64,000 bases of DNA. It comes from Bacillota bacterium (GTDB taxonomy: Bacteria; Bacillota; Sulfobacillia; JAMCWA01). A model generated the notes under the pieces. It was not told where the DNA came from. It saw only the letters and a list, made by a program, of their open reading frames with translations, and searched no databases. Both the position numbers and the translations under genes were made by a program. Positions 38,587-48,285 of the stretch are shown here, one piece after another (positions within the stretch are counted from its first letter, which is position 1; every line of letters starts with the position of its first letter). Where the stretch lies: NCBI GenBank assembly GCA_023475165.1, contig JAMCWA010000034.1:31081-95080 (forward strand). Reading direction: 5' to 3'.

Positions 38587-38881
38587 GATGCCGCGACCGT
38601 TCAACGCTACTGTACCAGCTTCCGCCGGCGTAATCCCTACCAGCAAAACCTTGGTATAAGACGCCGCGACCTTCAACCTTGGTCCCCGGGCTGGCCCAGG
38701 TGCTTCAACATCTCCTGTGCTGTCAATCGCCGCCATTGGCCCGAGCTGCCGATAGACGGATGGTTAGGCTTCATCTCCCGGTCCCTTTGGGCCCGGGATT
38801 TGTTTTTGGCCACCTGACTGGGCAGGGTCACAAAATTTTTTTGGATCATTTTTAGAGCAGCAGGAATAATAATAAAGGCGT

Positions 38882-38911
38882 CGAACATATGTTTAATAGA
38901 ACAAATTTTCG
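38882..38911 (+). promoter_or_regulatory. Tandem LexA (Cheo/SOS) boxes upstream of the yolD-like–dinB pair
   Basis: CGAACATATGTTTA matches 12 of 14 positions of CGAACATATGTTCG. AGAACAAATTTTCG follows 2 nt later. Both lie in an AT-rich promoter region 30-60 nt before ATG 38940. Confidence 0.5.
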
Positions 38912-38939
38912 TCTCTAGCATATCAGGAGGGCTCAAAAG

Positions 38940-39194
38940 ATGGTGGCAGAAATAGCCGAACCGGTGGATGTTGTGGCCATCTTTAACCAGGGCCGCCTGG
39001 AGCCAGCCGTCTTTTTGTGGAACAAAAGAAGATATCGCGTTCGCCGTGTCACCAACACCTGGCGGGATACGGAAGGCCAGTACCGGCGTCACTTCTTTGC
39101 CGTCCTGGTTGAAACCGGCAGTGACCTCTATGAGCTGTGTTTTCGGACCAGGGACCTCTCCTGGCAGCTGCTGAAGGTCTATTCCGACGGATAA
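38940..39194 (+). CDS. Hypothetical small protein encoded upstream of dinB (possible YolD-like polymerase accessory factor)
   Basis: Strong SD (CAGGAGGG), 84 aa, sited between two SOS-box-like sequences and dinB. The family call is tentative. Confidence 0.4.
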   Translation: MVAEIAEPVDVVAIFNQGRLEPAVFLWNKRRYRVRRVTNTWRDTEGQYRRHFFAVLVETGSDLYELCFRTRDLSWQLLKVYSDG

Positions 39195-39218
39195 TGAACC
39201 CGGCGGGAGCCCGCCTGA

Positions 39219-39250
39219 CGCCCAGATCGGTGTTTTTCAGCGGTCTCCGA
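39219..39250 (+). repeat. Repeat family, boxA fragment (copy 10)
   Basis: CGCCCAGATCGGTGTTTTTCAGCGGTCTCCGAGG, preceded by a GC hairpin (CCCGGCGGGAGCCCGCC). Confidence 0.7.
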
Positions 39251-39260
39251 GGAATCGATT

Positions 39261-40466
39261 ATGTCATCAGAACGAACTATCTTCCACATCGATATGAACG
39301 CCTTCTTCGCCGCGGTGGAACAAGTAACTAATCCGGCCTACCGGGGCCGTCCCCTCATCGTCGGGGGCGATCCGGACCGCCGCGGCGTGGTTTCTACTGC
39401 CTCCTATGAGGCGCGTAGGTTCGGCATTAAAGCCGGTATGTCCCTCTGGGAGGCCCGGCGGCTTTGTCCAAACGGCATCTTCGTCCAGGGCAATCCCGCC
39501 CGGTATCTTGATATCTCCCTGCGTCTGCTTAATCTGTATCAAAGCTTTACCCCTTTGGTGGAGCCATTTTCCATTGATGAGGCCTTTTTGGATGTCACCG
39601 GCAGCGCACATCTCTTTGGTGGGTCCGAGGCCATGGCCCGCGAGATAAAAAGGAGGATGCGACAACAATTCGATCTGACCGCCTCCATTGGACTTGCCCC
39701 TAATAAACTCTTGGCCAAAATGGCCTCCGATTTACAAAAACCCGATGGATTAGTTATACTGAGAAGGGAAGACGTACCCAGAAGGCTATGGACCCTTCCC
39801 GTAGGGGAGCTTTACGGGGTCGGGGAGAAGATGGGAAGACACCTGGTGGACCTGGGGTTGACCACCATTGGGGCCCTGGCACAGGCTCCGGTACAGCTCC
39901 TGCGCCATTATTTCGGGGTGGTGGGGGAGACCCTACATCAGATGGCCAACGGTCTGGACGATTCCCCAGTAGATCCTTACGCCGGTCTCCTGGTCAAATC
40001 TATGGGGCACGAGCTGACCTTACCGGCGGATACCGATGACCGGGAGGTAATTGGGCGAACCTTGCTTCAACTCTCGGATCAAGTGGGTCGGCGCCTGCGC
40101 CGGGACGGCTATCAGGGGAGGAAGGTCACCGTTAAGATCCGGCAGAGCGACTTTGTCACCATCACGCGCGATCAGACCATGGACGAATACACCGATCTGG
40201 AAGAGGTAATCTACGAGACCGCTCACGGGCTTTTTGTGAAAAACTGGCCTGGCTGGCCCAAAATACGCCTCCTTGGCGTCAGTGTATCTGGCCTGGTCAA
40301 CGCCCGGCGACTCCAGCAGTTATCCTTTTGGGATGACCGGGACAGGCTGAGCCGCGTCACCCGGGCCGTGGACGCCATCCGGGATAAATACGGGGAAGGG
40401 GCGGTGCTGAAGGCCAGATTGCTGGTTCCAGCCAGGCTGGGAAAGGCAGCTCGGCCAGCGCCCTGA
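39261..40466 (+). CDS. dinB: DNA polymerase IV (Y-family)
   Basis: IFHIDMNAFFAAVE...SIDEAFLDVTG plus little-finger domain. Confidence 0.9.
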   Translation: MSSERTIFHIDMNAFFAAVEQVTNPAYRGRPLIVGGDPDRRGVVSTASYEARRFGIKAGMSLWEARRLCPNGIFVQGNPARYLDISLRLLNLYQSFTPLVEPFSIDEAFLDVTGSAHLFGGSEAMAREIKRRMRQQFDLTASIGLAPNKLLAKMASDLQKPDGLVILRREDVPRRLWTLPVGELYGVGEKMGRHLVDLGLTTIGALAQAPVQLLRHYFGVVGETLHQMANGLDDSPVDPYAGLLVKSMGHELTLPADTDDREVIGRTLLQLSDQVGRRLRRDGYQGRKVTVKIRQSDFVTITRDQTMDEYTDLEEVIYETAHGLFVKNWPGWPKIRLLGVSVSGLVNARRLQQLSFWDDRDRLSRVTRAVDAIRDKYGEGAVLKARLLVPARLGKAARPAP

Positions 40467-40473
40467 TACAGGC

Positions 40474-40620
40474 CTAGGAGACCGCTGACGAACTGCGGTT
40501 TTAGTGGTTAACCCGCCCGAGAAAAGCCGCCATAGTCTGTGCCGCGCTTGATGGCAATCTTTCTTCTGGCGGCTTTAGCCAAATGGTTGGAGCAAGACCG
40601 CTGAAAAACACCCATCTGCG
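40474..40620 (+). repeat. Repeat family, copy 11 (boxB ... reverse boxA)
   Basis: CTAGGAGACCGCTGACGAACTGCGGTTTTAGTGGTTAACCCGCCCGAG ... CTGGCGGCTTTAGCC ... GAGCAAGACCGCTGAAAAACACCCATCTGCG. Confidence 0.85.
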
Positions 40621-40721
40621 TGCTCCCTGGTTTGGGAGAGGGGCTTCAGACGTACGAGGAAGGAGGGGAAGGTGGCGCTCCTCCCGGGGAGAAACGAGAG
40701 GTGGCCGCACCGCCAACCAAT

Positions 40722-41504
40722 ATGATCTATATCGGTACATCGGGCTATAAATACCCCGACTGGCGCGGAGCCTTCTATCCGGCTGAAGTAAAGGACCAGG
40801 ACATGCTCTCCTACTACGTGACACAGTTCCCCGTAGTAGAACTGGACTTTACGTATTATCAAATGCCGGGTATCCGAACCATGGCCGGAATCGAAAAGAA
40901 GTCGCCGGAGGGCTTCATTTTTTGCGTCAAGGCCAATCGCGCCATGACCCATGAAGTTCCCGGGGAAGGAGAGGTCCAAGACGTCTTTCAGCGCTTCCTC
41001 TTGGCCTTATCTCCCATGATTCAGGCCGGGAAACTGGGGTGTCTGCTGGCTCAGTTCCCCTGGAGCTTTCAACCGACGGCGCCGAACCGTGATTATATAA
41101 AGAAATTTCGCGACTGGACGGGGGATATACCCCTGGTGGTGGAGTTCCGCCACATCGGGTGGCTGACCCAGGAGACTTATCAATTCCTTAAAGAACAAGA
41201 GCTGGCCTACTGTGCCGTAGATGAACCGCCCCTCAAGGGTTTGCTGCCGCCCCTGGCGGTGGTGACGGCGCCCATAGCCTACGTCCGGTTTCACGGGCGG
41301 AATAAGGAGAAGTGGTGGAAGCACAAAGAAGCCTGGGAGCGCTACAACTACCTCTATTCCCGAGAGGAACTGGCCCAGTGGCTGCCCCGGATTATGAAGA
41401 TGGCCAGCCAGGCCACCAAGACCTACGTCCTTTTCAATAATTGCCATGCCGGCCATGCCGCCGCCAACGCCCGGCTGCTGAAGGCCATGCTGGAAGAGGT
41501 ATAA
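40722..41504 (+). CDS. DUF72-family protein (UPF0759)
   Basis: MIYIGTSGYKYPDW... family pattern. The upstream part of the longer ORF overlaps repeat copy 11, so I take the internal ATG. Confidence 0.7.
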   Translation: MIYIGTSGYKYPDWRGAFYPAEVKDQDMLSYYVTQFPVVELDFTYYQMPGIRTMAGIEKKSPEGFIFCVKANRAMTHEVPGEGEVQDVFQRFLLALSPMIQAGKLGCLLAQFPWSFQPTAPNRDYIKKFRDWTGDIPLVVEFRHIGWLTQETYQFLKEQELAYCAVDEPPLKGLLPPLAVVTAPIAYVRFHGRNKEKWWKHKEAWERYNYLYSREELAQWLPRIMKMASQATKTYVLFNNCHAGHAAANARLLKAMLEEV

Positions 41505-41562
41505 ACCCAAACCCGGTAAGCTGGCACAAAACTGGACTTCTTGATACCAGGGGGTAGAAAAC

Positions 41563-42345
41563 ATGCGTATTGCTATCATCGGGGGAACCGGGGTTTATGA
41601 CCCCCGGATCTTATCGGATATTCGCGAAGAGCGGGTGGCTACGCCCTATGGCGAGGTTTCCTGCAAGATCGGTAGATACAAGGGGGAGGAGGTGCTCTTC
41701 CTGGCTCGCCACGGGGAGAAGCACTCCGTTCCACCTCATCTGGTCAATTACCAGGCCAACATCTGGGCTCTCAAGAAGGTGGGTATCACCAGAATAATCG
41801 CCACGGCGGCGGTCGGCTCTTTGAACCCGGACCTGCGACCGGGGGACTTTGTGTTCACCGACCAGTTCATCGACTTTACCCACGCCCGTCCTTTTACCTT
41901 TTTTGAAGGCGGTGAAAGGGGAGTGGTGCACACCGATTTTACCGAGCCCTACTGCCCGGAGATCCGGGGCGCCATGGAACAAAGGGCCAGTACGCTGGGT
42001 ATCAGATACCATAATAGGGGTACCTACCTATGCACCGAAGGGCCCCGCTACGAAACCCCGGCCGAGATCAAGGCCTTTGCCCGACTGGGAGCCGACCTGG
42101 TGGGAATGACCAACGTTCCCGAGGTGGTCCTGGCCCACGAAGCCGGGATTTGTTACGGCCTGGTGGCCATGGTTACCAATTTTGCCTCCGGAATCTCGCC
42201 GACCCCCTTGACCCATGAGGAGGTCCTGGAAGTCATGGCCGAAAATGGGGAGAAACTAAAGGCCCTGGCCATGGGGATCATTGAGAGTTTGCCGGTGACC
42301 AGAACCTGTCACTGCGGCGATCCCTGGGAACACCTCTTGGTCTGA
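41563..42345 (+). CDS. mtnP: S-methyl-5'-thioadenosine phosphorylase (PNP/MTAP family)
   Basis: IAIIGGTG...LARHG and CTEGPRYETPAE motifs. Good SD. Confidence 0.85.
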   Translation: MRIAIIGGTGVYDPRILSDIREERVATPYGEVSCKIGRYKGEEVLFLARHGEKHSVPPHLVNYQANIWALKKVGITRIIATAAVGSLNPDLRPGDFVFTDQFIDFTHARPFTFFEGGERGVVHTDFTEPYCPEIRGAMEQRASTLGIRYHNRGTYLCTEGPRYETPAEIKAFARLGADLVGMTNVPEVVLAHEAGICYGLVAMVTNFASGISPTPLTHEEVLEVMAENGEKLKALAMGIIESLPVTRTCHCGDPWEHLLV

Positions 42346-42460
42346 TTTCCAGAGAAGGGGTCAGGAGTTATTCCCGGCCCCCTCTTTCGGTTTAAGCCGT
42401 CTCGCCCCAGGTTTTACTCAGACGGGTTTACTTCTAGCGACGTCGTTTGTCAGCAGTCCC

Positions 42461-42655
42461 CTAAGTCTGCCTCCCCGGGTTCTGCGTGGTCAAAGAACGC
42501 TCAGCTCGTTCGATCGCCAGTTTCACCAACCGCCCACAGTCTTGCGAACTTACCGCCCCCCAGCCCCGGTCTTGGACGGTTCCTAAGACCCCCAGTTCTG
42601 AGGCCAGTTGGTATTTCAGGTTTTCCGACATCACCTGTCTTCCTTTGCCCGGCAT
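42461..42655 (-). CDS. Small acid-soluble spore protein, alpha/beta type
   Basis: ENLKYQLASELGV...GRLVKLAIERAE. SD GGGAGGTG with 6-nt spacing. It lies in an otherwise ORF-poor 650-bp gap. Confidence 0.65.
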   Translation of the reverse strand: MPGKGRQVMSENLKYQLASELGVLGTVQDRGWGAVSSQDCGRLVKLAIERAERSLTTQNPGRQT

Positions 42656-42997
42656 AAGTTACACCTCCCTGGCAGCGGACAGCATCCTTTTTCACTGCCA
42701 TTGTTAGTTTACCTACGCCAGAGAAAGGGCTATGCCTGAGAAGATTTGTAGTTAACAGAAAAAGCAACCACAGTTGTAAGACAGTTGCTGACTTTCGCTG
42801 CGCTGCCTTTGGCGTGATAAGTAGTTCGCTCCCGTCATGGCGGCTGGCTCCGCAGATCTTCACCGGCCGCACTACCGCTCAACTTCGGTCCTAAAGGCCA
42901 GCGCGGTCATTCACCCGACCCACAGGACTGGTCTTCCATCTTTTGGTGGTGCCGCCGCCGGCAGCCTGGACGGCTACCTCAAAAAGCGCGCCCCATT

Positions 42998-44110
42998 TCA
43001 TGACCACGGGAACCTGGCCTGAAGATCGGCAGCCAGAGCCTGCGTCAATTCATAGATGCGCTGAGCCAGTTCCGGCGGTAGAAGCCCGGTGCCACAACTG
43101 GGAGTGATCATGGACCGGGAGAGTAGAAGCTCTCGTGGTACTCCTTGGCGCTCCAAGGAATCCAGATACCCCAGGTATCTTCCCCGCAAGGAAGCGACGT
43201 TTTCCTCCTTCGCTCTGGGTGAGGTCGGAACTATTCCCCAGGCGACGACCCCACCCCTCTGCAGGAAGGCCGTCAGCTTTTCCGCGTAGGGCAGAAGAGA
43301 GGAGAAATAGTTATAGGCGTCCAGATTGAGGATCTCCAGCGAGGAATCCAGCAGCAGGGACCAGTCGGTCTGGGAGCAGATGTGGGCACCGGGTAGGCCG
43401 CCCTGTTCACGAATGGCGCCAAAGATGGCTTCCAGAGAAGTGGTAATGTCCTCCCTCGTTAGAGCCAGAAAATTGGCCGTGCCGTAAACGTAAAGGAAAG
43501 AGTCATCGACGAAGATGATCACCGGATGACCGAAAGCCGCCAAGCGCTGTACCTGCCAGGCAGCATCGAGTTCCAGGCTCTTAACCAGGAGTTCTCGCAG
43601 TTCCTGGTCGTAGAAAGAGGCCCGGCGGCTATTATCCAGAAGTTGAAACCCCGCTGTCACCGGCCCGATGATTTGCCCTTTCAGGTAGCGTAGCGGCAAC
43701 GTTTCCTGGCCCTTCTCATGGCCAGGAGGGCGCGTGAATCTTTCCCTTGAAGCCAGGGCCTTTTGGAAGGAGGAAAAACCCCGGGCTGCCTCCTCTGTCA
43801 GCGCGAAGAACTCCAGGTTTCCCGTTTCCCGGGCCTGTAAGTACTCCTCGTAGAAGCGCAGGACCTGTCGGTAGAAGACCTCATCCCTGGGAACATAGGA
43901 AGGGTTGTGTCCTTCCTCGACCTTCACCAAGCCCAATCTGACCAAAGGGGTCAGGAATTGATAGACAAAGTTCTCGCGAAAAGAAGCCTGGGGCAATTGG
44001 GGCCAGTGGGGAGCAGAGGGGAAATGCCGAAAGATCAAGTCCAAGGCCGGGCCTGCCTCCAGGAGGGGTAAACTCCCGATGCCGGTGGCTAGAAAGTGCG
44101 GTTCTTGCAT
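42998..44110 (-). CDS. Cobalamin-independent methionine-synthase-like (MetE C-terminal/URO-D-like family) protein
   Basis: N-terminal FLATGIGSLP and C-terminal ITPSCGTG resemble the MetE catalytic-domain family. ATG 44110 with a GGTGAGAGGG SD (GTG 44119 is an alternative start). Confidence 0.55.
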   Translation of the reverse strand: MQEPHFLATGIGSLPLLEAGPALDLIFRHFPSAPHWPQLPQASFRENFVYQFLTPLVRLGLVKVEEGHNPSYVPRDEVFYRQVLRFYEEYLQARETGNLEFFALTEEAARGFSSFQKALASRERFTRPPGHEKGQETLPLRYLKGQIIGPVTAGFQLLDNSRRASFYDQELRELLVKSLELDAAWQVQRLAAFGHPVIIFVDDSFLYVYGTANFLALTREDITTSLEAIFGAIREQGGLPGAHICSQTDWSLLLDSSLEILNLDAYNYFSSLLPYAEKLTAFLQRGGVVAWGIVPTSPRAKEENVASLRGRYLGYLDSLERQGVPRELLLSRSMITPSCGTGLLPPELAQRIYELTQALAADLQARFPWS

Positions 44111-44226
44111 CCCTCTCACCTTCTAAAATTTCTTGACAGGGGGGGCAGGAAAAAGTCTCCCTTCTGTCGAAATTCTACCATTACACAGCGAAAAATGGCA
44201 AGTAAATTGAATCGGGTGTTCCCTTA

Positions 44227-45840
44227 TTGAAGGCAGCGCCGAGTGACTCAAAGAGCCTTATTCGGAAAGGCGGTATCCTTTTTGACCGCAGGCTATATCC
44301 GGCCGCCCGTGAGGCCTGGCAAGAGGCCTTGGTTCTGGCAGAAGGGGAAGAAAGTCCGCCGGATAAAGCCCGCGCCCTGAACGCCCTCGGGGTACTTTTT
44401 CTCGCCCAGAGGGACCTGGAACAAGCCCTGGATCTTTTGTCCAAGGCTCTGGCTATCCTTTTGGAATCTCCTGCTCCGGACCAGCGTCTCATGGGACAGG
44501 TCTATTTTAATCTGGGTTCTGTTCACTGGTATGCCGAAAGCAACAGAGCAGGCCTGGATGCCCTAAGAAGCGCCCTGGCCATCTTTGAGGCCCAGGGCAA
44601 CCGGCTATCTATCGCCCGTGCTCGTCTGAGCCTGGGGGCCTTGGCTATCCTGGATGAGGACTTTGAGGAAGCCGCCAAACAGACGGCGGCCGCCTTGGAG
44701 ATTTTCCAAGAAGAGGACCAACCCTACTTTTCCGGCATCGCCGCCAAGAATCTTGGGGCCATCCGAACGGCCCAAGGTGACTACCTGACAGCGGATCAGC
44801 ACCTTCGTCAGGCCTGGCAGTTAATGAAGGAAGCCGGTGATCTGAATCAGATCGCCTACACCCTCACCGAGCTTTCCCGCCTCCAGTTGAGGCAAGGTCG
44901 GCTGGCAGAAGCGGTCCGCTCCGGCCACCGAGCCCTGGTTACCCTCCTTTCCGACGTCGGGACAATGGACAAGGCGGAGGCGGCTCGCATCCATTATCTC
45001 TTCGCCGAGATATTCTCGGTCCGGGGAGACTACGACAAATCCCTGGGCTATCTGCAGAGGGCCATGGCCTACTACCAGAGCCTGGGGATGAGGCGAGAAC
45101 TGGAAACGGCCACAAACTCCTTCGCCACCATGCAGGCAGCCCGGTCTAAGGCAGCGCCCGCTGTCAGTCGGGATCAGGAGACTACTGGAGGCCGAAAGGG
45201 GATCATCGGGCCGCTGGACAGTTCCTCTCCGGGCGGCGCCTCCGCCAAGTCCAGAAGGGCACTGGTCAAAGAGGAGCTACATCTCAAGTACCTGGACACC
45301 TTTTTCTCCCTGGTCGACCTCCTGGAGGAAAAGGAGCCCTACACCCGTGGGCACTCAGAAAGGGTTACCGCTTATACCCTGATTATGGCCAATGAGCTGG
45401 GATTGGGTGAGAAGGATAAAGAGACCCTGGCCGTTTCCGGGCGGTTGCACGACGTGGGGAAGTTGACCATTGACGCCACCATCTTGAATAAACCGGGACC
45501 CCTGGATGAAAGAGAACGGCTCTTGGTGCAACGCCATCCCGTTGCCGGGGCGGAAATGCTCCGCTCCACCATTAGTTCCTATGAGGCCCTGGCCGTGATC
45601 CGGCATCATCACGAACGCTTCGACGGTGGCGGCTATCCGGAAGGTCGCCAGGGCCAGGAGATTCCCCTTTTGACCCGCATCTTAACGGTAGCCGACGCTT
45701 ATGACGCCATGACCAGCGATCGGCCCTACCGGCCCGCCTTGAGCCATAGCCAAGCCCTGGCCGAGTTGGAGGATAAGGCTGGGACCCAGTTTGACCTGAA
45801 TATGGTTGACGCCTTCATTAGGTGTCATTCCATAGGGTGA
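44227..45840 (+). CDS. TPR-repeat protein with C-terminal HD-GYP domain (c-di-GMP phosphodiesterase-type)
   Basis: TPR-like repeats across the N-terminal 300 aa, then HD-GYP motifs (HSERV...HDVGK...HHERFDGGGYP). Confidence 0.75.
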   Translation: MKAAPSDSKSLIRKGGILFDRRLYPAAREAWQEALVLAEGEESPPDKARALNALGVLFLAQRDLEQALDLLSKALAILLESPAPDQRLMGQVYFNLGSVHWYAESNRAGLDALRSALAIFEAQGNRLSIARARLSLGALAILDEDFEEAAKQTAAALEIFQEEDQPYFSGIAAKNLGAIRTAQGDYLTADQHLRQAWQLMKEAGDLNQIAYTLTELSRLQLRQGRLAEAVRSGHRALVTLLSDVGTMDKAEAARIHYLFAEIFSVRGDYDKSLGYLQRAMAYYQSLGMRRELETATNSFATMQAARSKAAPAVSRDQETTGGRKGIIGPLDSSSPGGASAKSRRALVKEELHLKYLDTFFSLVDLLEEKEPYTRGHSERVTAYTLIMANELGLGEKDKETLAVSGRLHDVGKLTIDATILNKPGPLDERERLLVQRHPVAGAEMLRSTISSYEALAVIRHHHERFDGGGYPEGRQGQEIPLLTRILTVADAYDAMTSDRPYRPALSHSQALAELEDKAGTQFDLNMVDAFIRCHSIG

Positions 45841-45879
45841 GCGGAAGGTAAGACTTTACAGTGAGGAGGTGACAAAACA

Positions 45880-46125
45880 ATGAAAAGGGTTTTAAGAAGA
45901 GGCCTGTTGCTCCTGCTGGCTCTGATCCTGATAACCACCTTCGCTTCCACGGTTCTGGCCGCCAGCAGTAACAGCACGGCGGATAACCCCGTGGCGGAAG
46001 CGCACCGGAGCGAGGTGGGAGAAATGCATGAGCGGGCTCACGATGCTGTCATCAGCGGTGGCGTAAGTACCATGGGTATCAGTATCGGACCACCCATGTG
46101 GGGCAAGGAAGAATGGGACGAGTGA
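45880..46125 (+). CDS. Small secreted protein (signal peptide)
   Basis: Strong SD (GAGGAGGTGA). N-terminus is KR-rich followed by a hydrophobic stretch and an AxA site. Confidence 0.45.
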   Translation: MKRVLRRGLLLLLALILITTFASTVLAASSNSTADNPVAEAHRSEVGEMHERAHDAVISGGVSTMGISIGPPMWGKEEWDE

Positions 46126-46342
46126 ACCTCTCCCGCCCGAAGAGGCGGGATAAGGATGGCTGATCCTTGACCAGGCCGGCGGGCAAAACCTGCCGGCCTC
46201 TAGCTTGGTCCTGCCGCCGGCGACGCATCGTCCCTAAGCAACCCCGACGCTCTTCAAACTACCCTGCAAAAACTTCTCCCCAGGTAGGATTTTTCCTTTC
46301 GCTTGGAGAAGTAATTTTAAAACCAGTAGGGAGGAATAGAGA

Positions 46343-47395
46343 TTGGAAAAGAGGATTTTGGGACGAACGGGGTTGAGCGTGACCGTGATAGGCTTTGGGG
46401 GCATCCCCATCATCGATAAGCCCAATGAAGAAGCCATCGCCGTCGTCCAACGAGCCCTGGATGTAGGGATCAACTTCATCGATACTGCCCGCGCCTACGA
46501 GAGGAAGAACGGGCCTTTTCTCTCCAGCGAAGAGAAGATTGGAGAGATCATGCGTCAGAGGCGGGGGGAAGTGGTACTGGCAACCAAGACTCATACTCGC
46601 AGCCGCGAAGGCGCCGCCGCCGACATCGAAAAGAGTCTGGCTAACCTCAAGACGGGCTATGTCGATCTCCTACAGCTCCACGCCGTGGATAGCCTGGAGG
46701 CGCTAAACCAGGTACTGTCACCCGAGGGGGCGCTGGCCGCGGTCCAGGCAGCTCAGAAGGCCGGCCAGGTGCGTTTTATCGGCATCACCGGACACCGACC
46801 CGACGTCCTCTTGGAGGCCTTGAAGACCGGGCTCTTTGACACCGTTATGGTCCCGGTGAACATTGTCGACCGTTTCATTTACAATCCGGAAGCCTCCCTG
46901 CTGCCCTATGCCCAGGAACACAATATCGGCGTTATCGTCATGAAACCCCTGGCCGGCGGCGCTCTCAAGGAGAATGTCCCAGAAGCCCTACGCTATTCCA
47001 TGGCCCAAAAGGTCACCACCGTTATCCCAGGGATGGGCAGTCTGAGAGAGGTTGAGGAGGACGTGGCCATTGGCGAGTCCTTCCAACCGCTAACCCAGGA
47101 AGAGGAGAACCTTTTAGCTAAACAGGCCAGGGCCCTCGGTAGCGACTTTTGCCGGCAGTGTGGCTACTGTAAACCATGCAGTGTGGGGATTGACATCCCC
47201 TTCGTCTTCCGCCTGGAGGGGTATTTCACCCGTTATGGTCAGAAGGAATGGGCCAAAGCCCAATACGCCGAGGTGGACATCAAGGCCAGTGAGTGTATTG
47301 AATGCGGGAATTGCGAACCGCGCTGTCCTTATAGCCTGCCCATCATTAACAAGCTGAAGACGGCTCACGCCCGGCTCATGGGACTGGCCGTTTAA
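46343..47395 (+). CDS. Aldo/keto reductase fused to a C-terminal 4Fe-4S dicluster domain
   Basis: AKR fold (ILGRTGLSVTVIGFG, IDTARAYE) plus two CxxCxxC-type cysteine clusters (CRQCGYCKPC; CIECGNCEPRCP). Confidence 0.8.
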   Translation: MEKRILGRTGLSVTVIGFGGIPIIDKPNEEAIAVVQRALDVGINFIDTARAYERKNGPFLSSEEKIGEIMRQRRGEVVLATKTHTRSREGAAADIEKSLANLKTGYVDLLQLHAVDSLEALNQVLSPEGALAAVQAAQKAGQVRFIGITGHRPDVLLEALKTGLFDTVMVPVNIVDRFIYNPEASLLPYAQEHNIGVIVMKPLAGGALKENVPEALRYSMAQKVTTVIPGMGSLREVEEDVAIGESFQPLTQEEENLLAKQARALGSDFCRQCGYCKPCSVGIDIPFVFRLEGYFTRYGQKEWAKAQYAEVDIKASECIECGNCEPRCPYSLPIINKLKTAHARLMGLAV

Positions 47396-47404
47396 GAGGG
47401 GCGG

Positions 47405-47617
47405 CGGATGGGTATTTTTCAGCGGTCTCCCAGGAGAGTGCTGACGAACTGCGGTTTGAGTGGTTAACCCGCCCGAGATACCGTTGGGGCGAGACCGCTC
47501 AAAAATGCCCAGATGCTAGGAGCGACAAGGCTCCGAGGCGAGGCGTACTAAGTGGTACGTTGAGCGAGGAGCCGCCGGAGCGACACCGCAGATGGGTGTT
47601 TTTCAGCGGTCTCCTAG
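47405..47617 (+). repeat. Repeat family, copy 12 (boxA-boxB ... module C ... boxA)
   Basis: GATGGGTATTTTTCAGCGGTCTCCCAGGAGAGTGCTGACGAACTGCGGTTTGAGTGGTTAACCCGCCCGAG ... GGAGCGACAAGGCTCCGAGGCGAGGCG ... CCGCAGATGGGTGTTTTTCAGCGGTCTCCTAGG. Confidence 0.85.
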
Positions 47618-47631
47618 GGAGGTGAACCCCG

Positions 47632-48246
47632 CTGACAACTCAGTGCTTCCTGGTCCGCCACGGCGCCACACTCTGGAACGATCAGCAAAAACTCATGGGA
47701 CAGACCGACATCCCCCTTTCGCCGCTGGGGGAGAGACAGGCCAAGCAAGTGGCTGCCCGTCTCGCTACTGCCGGTCTATTTGCCGTCTACTCCAGTGATC
47801 TTTCCCGGGCCCGGGAGACGGGCCTGGCTGTGGCCCAGGCGGCGGGAGTCCCTCTTCATCTGGAGCCGCGCCTGCGGGAAGTGGCGGGCGGAACCTGGAC
47901 CGGTCTCAGCCTGGGCGAGGTCCAGGCCAAGGATGCCGCCCTCTTCGCTCACTGGAGGAAGGACCCCATGGGCATCCCTCTTGCCGGGGGAGAAAGCTAT
48001 CGGCAGGTCATGGAACGGGCTTGGGCCGCCTTCGACGAGATTGTCGCCCGCCACCGTGGGGGAAAGGTGGCCCTGATAGGGCATGGCGGTAGCCTCAGGA
48101 CCATCCTCCTCAAGGTCTTGGGACTGGACCACTTTCCCTCCGGCTACTTTGAGTTGAGCAACGCCGGGGTCAGCCTGGTGGAGGTCAGGGAGACAGGACC
48201 GGTGCTAGTCTATATGAACAGCACCTGCCACCTCGAGCTGGCTTGA
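47632..48246 (+). CDS. Histidine phosphatase (phosphoglycerate-mutase-like) family protein
   Basis: The catalytic RHG motif (FLVRHGATLWN) lies upstream of the first ATG (47695). No in-frame ATG/GTG/TTG exists after the stop at 47623. A CTG at 47632 sits 7 nt after a GGGAGGTG, immediately after repeat copy 12. Confidence 0.65.
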   Translation: MTTQCFLVRHGATLWNDQQKLMGQTDIPLSPLGERQAKQVAARLATAGLFAVYSSDLSRARETGLAVAQAAGVPLHLEPRLREVAGGTWTGLSLGEVQAKDAALFAHWRKDPMGIPLAGGESYRQVMERAWAAFDEIVARHRGGKVALIGHGGSLRTILLKVLGLDHFPSGYFELSNAGVSLVEVRETGPVLVYMNSTCHLELA

Positions 48247-48285
48247 CAGCACCAGGTGGAACGAGGTACCTCAAGGGACTAATCT

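Noticed and set aside
42346-42997. 650-bp gap considered for an RNase P RNA or tmRNA gene
   Set aside because: No GGAAAGUCC/P4 motifs, no tag-peptide reading frame and no tRNA-like 3' end. The region instead encodes a minus-strand alpha/beta SASP with a strong SD.
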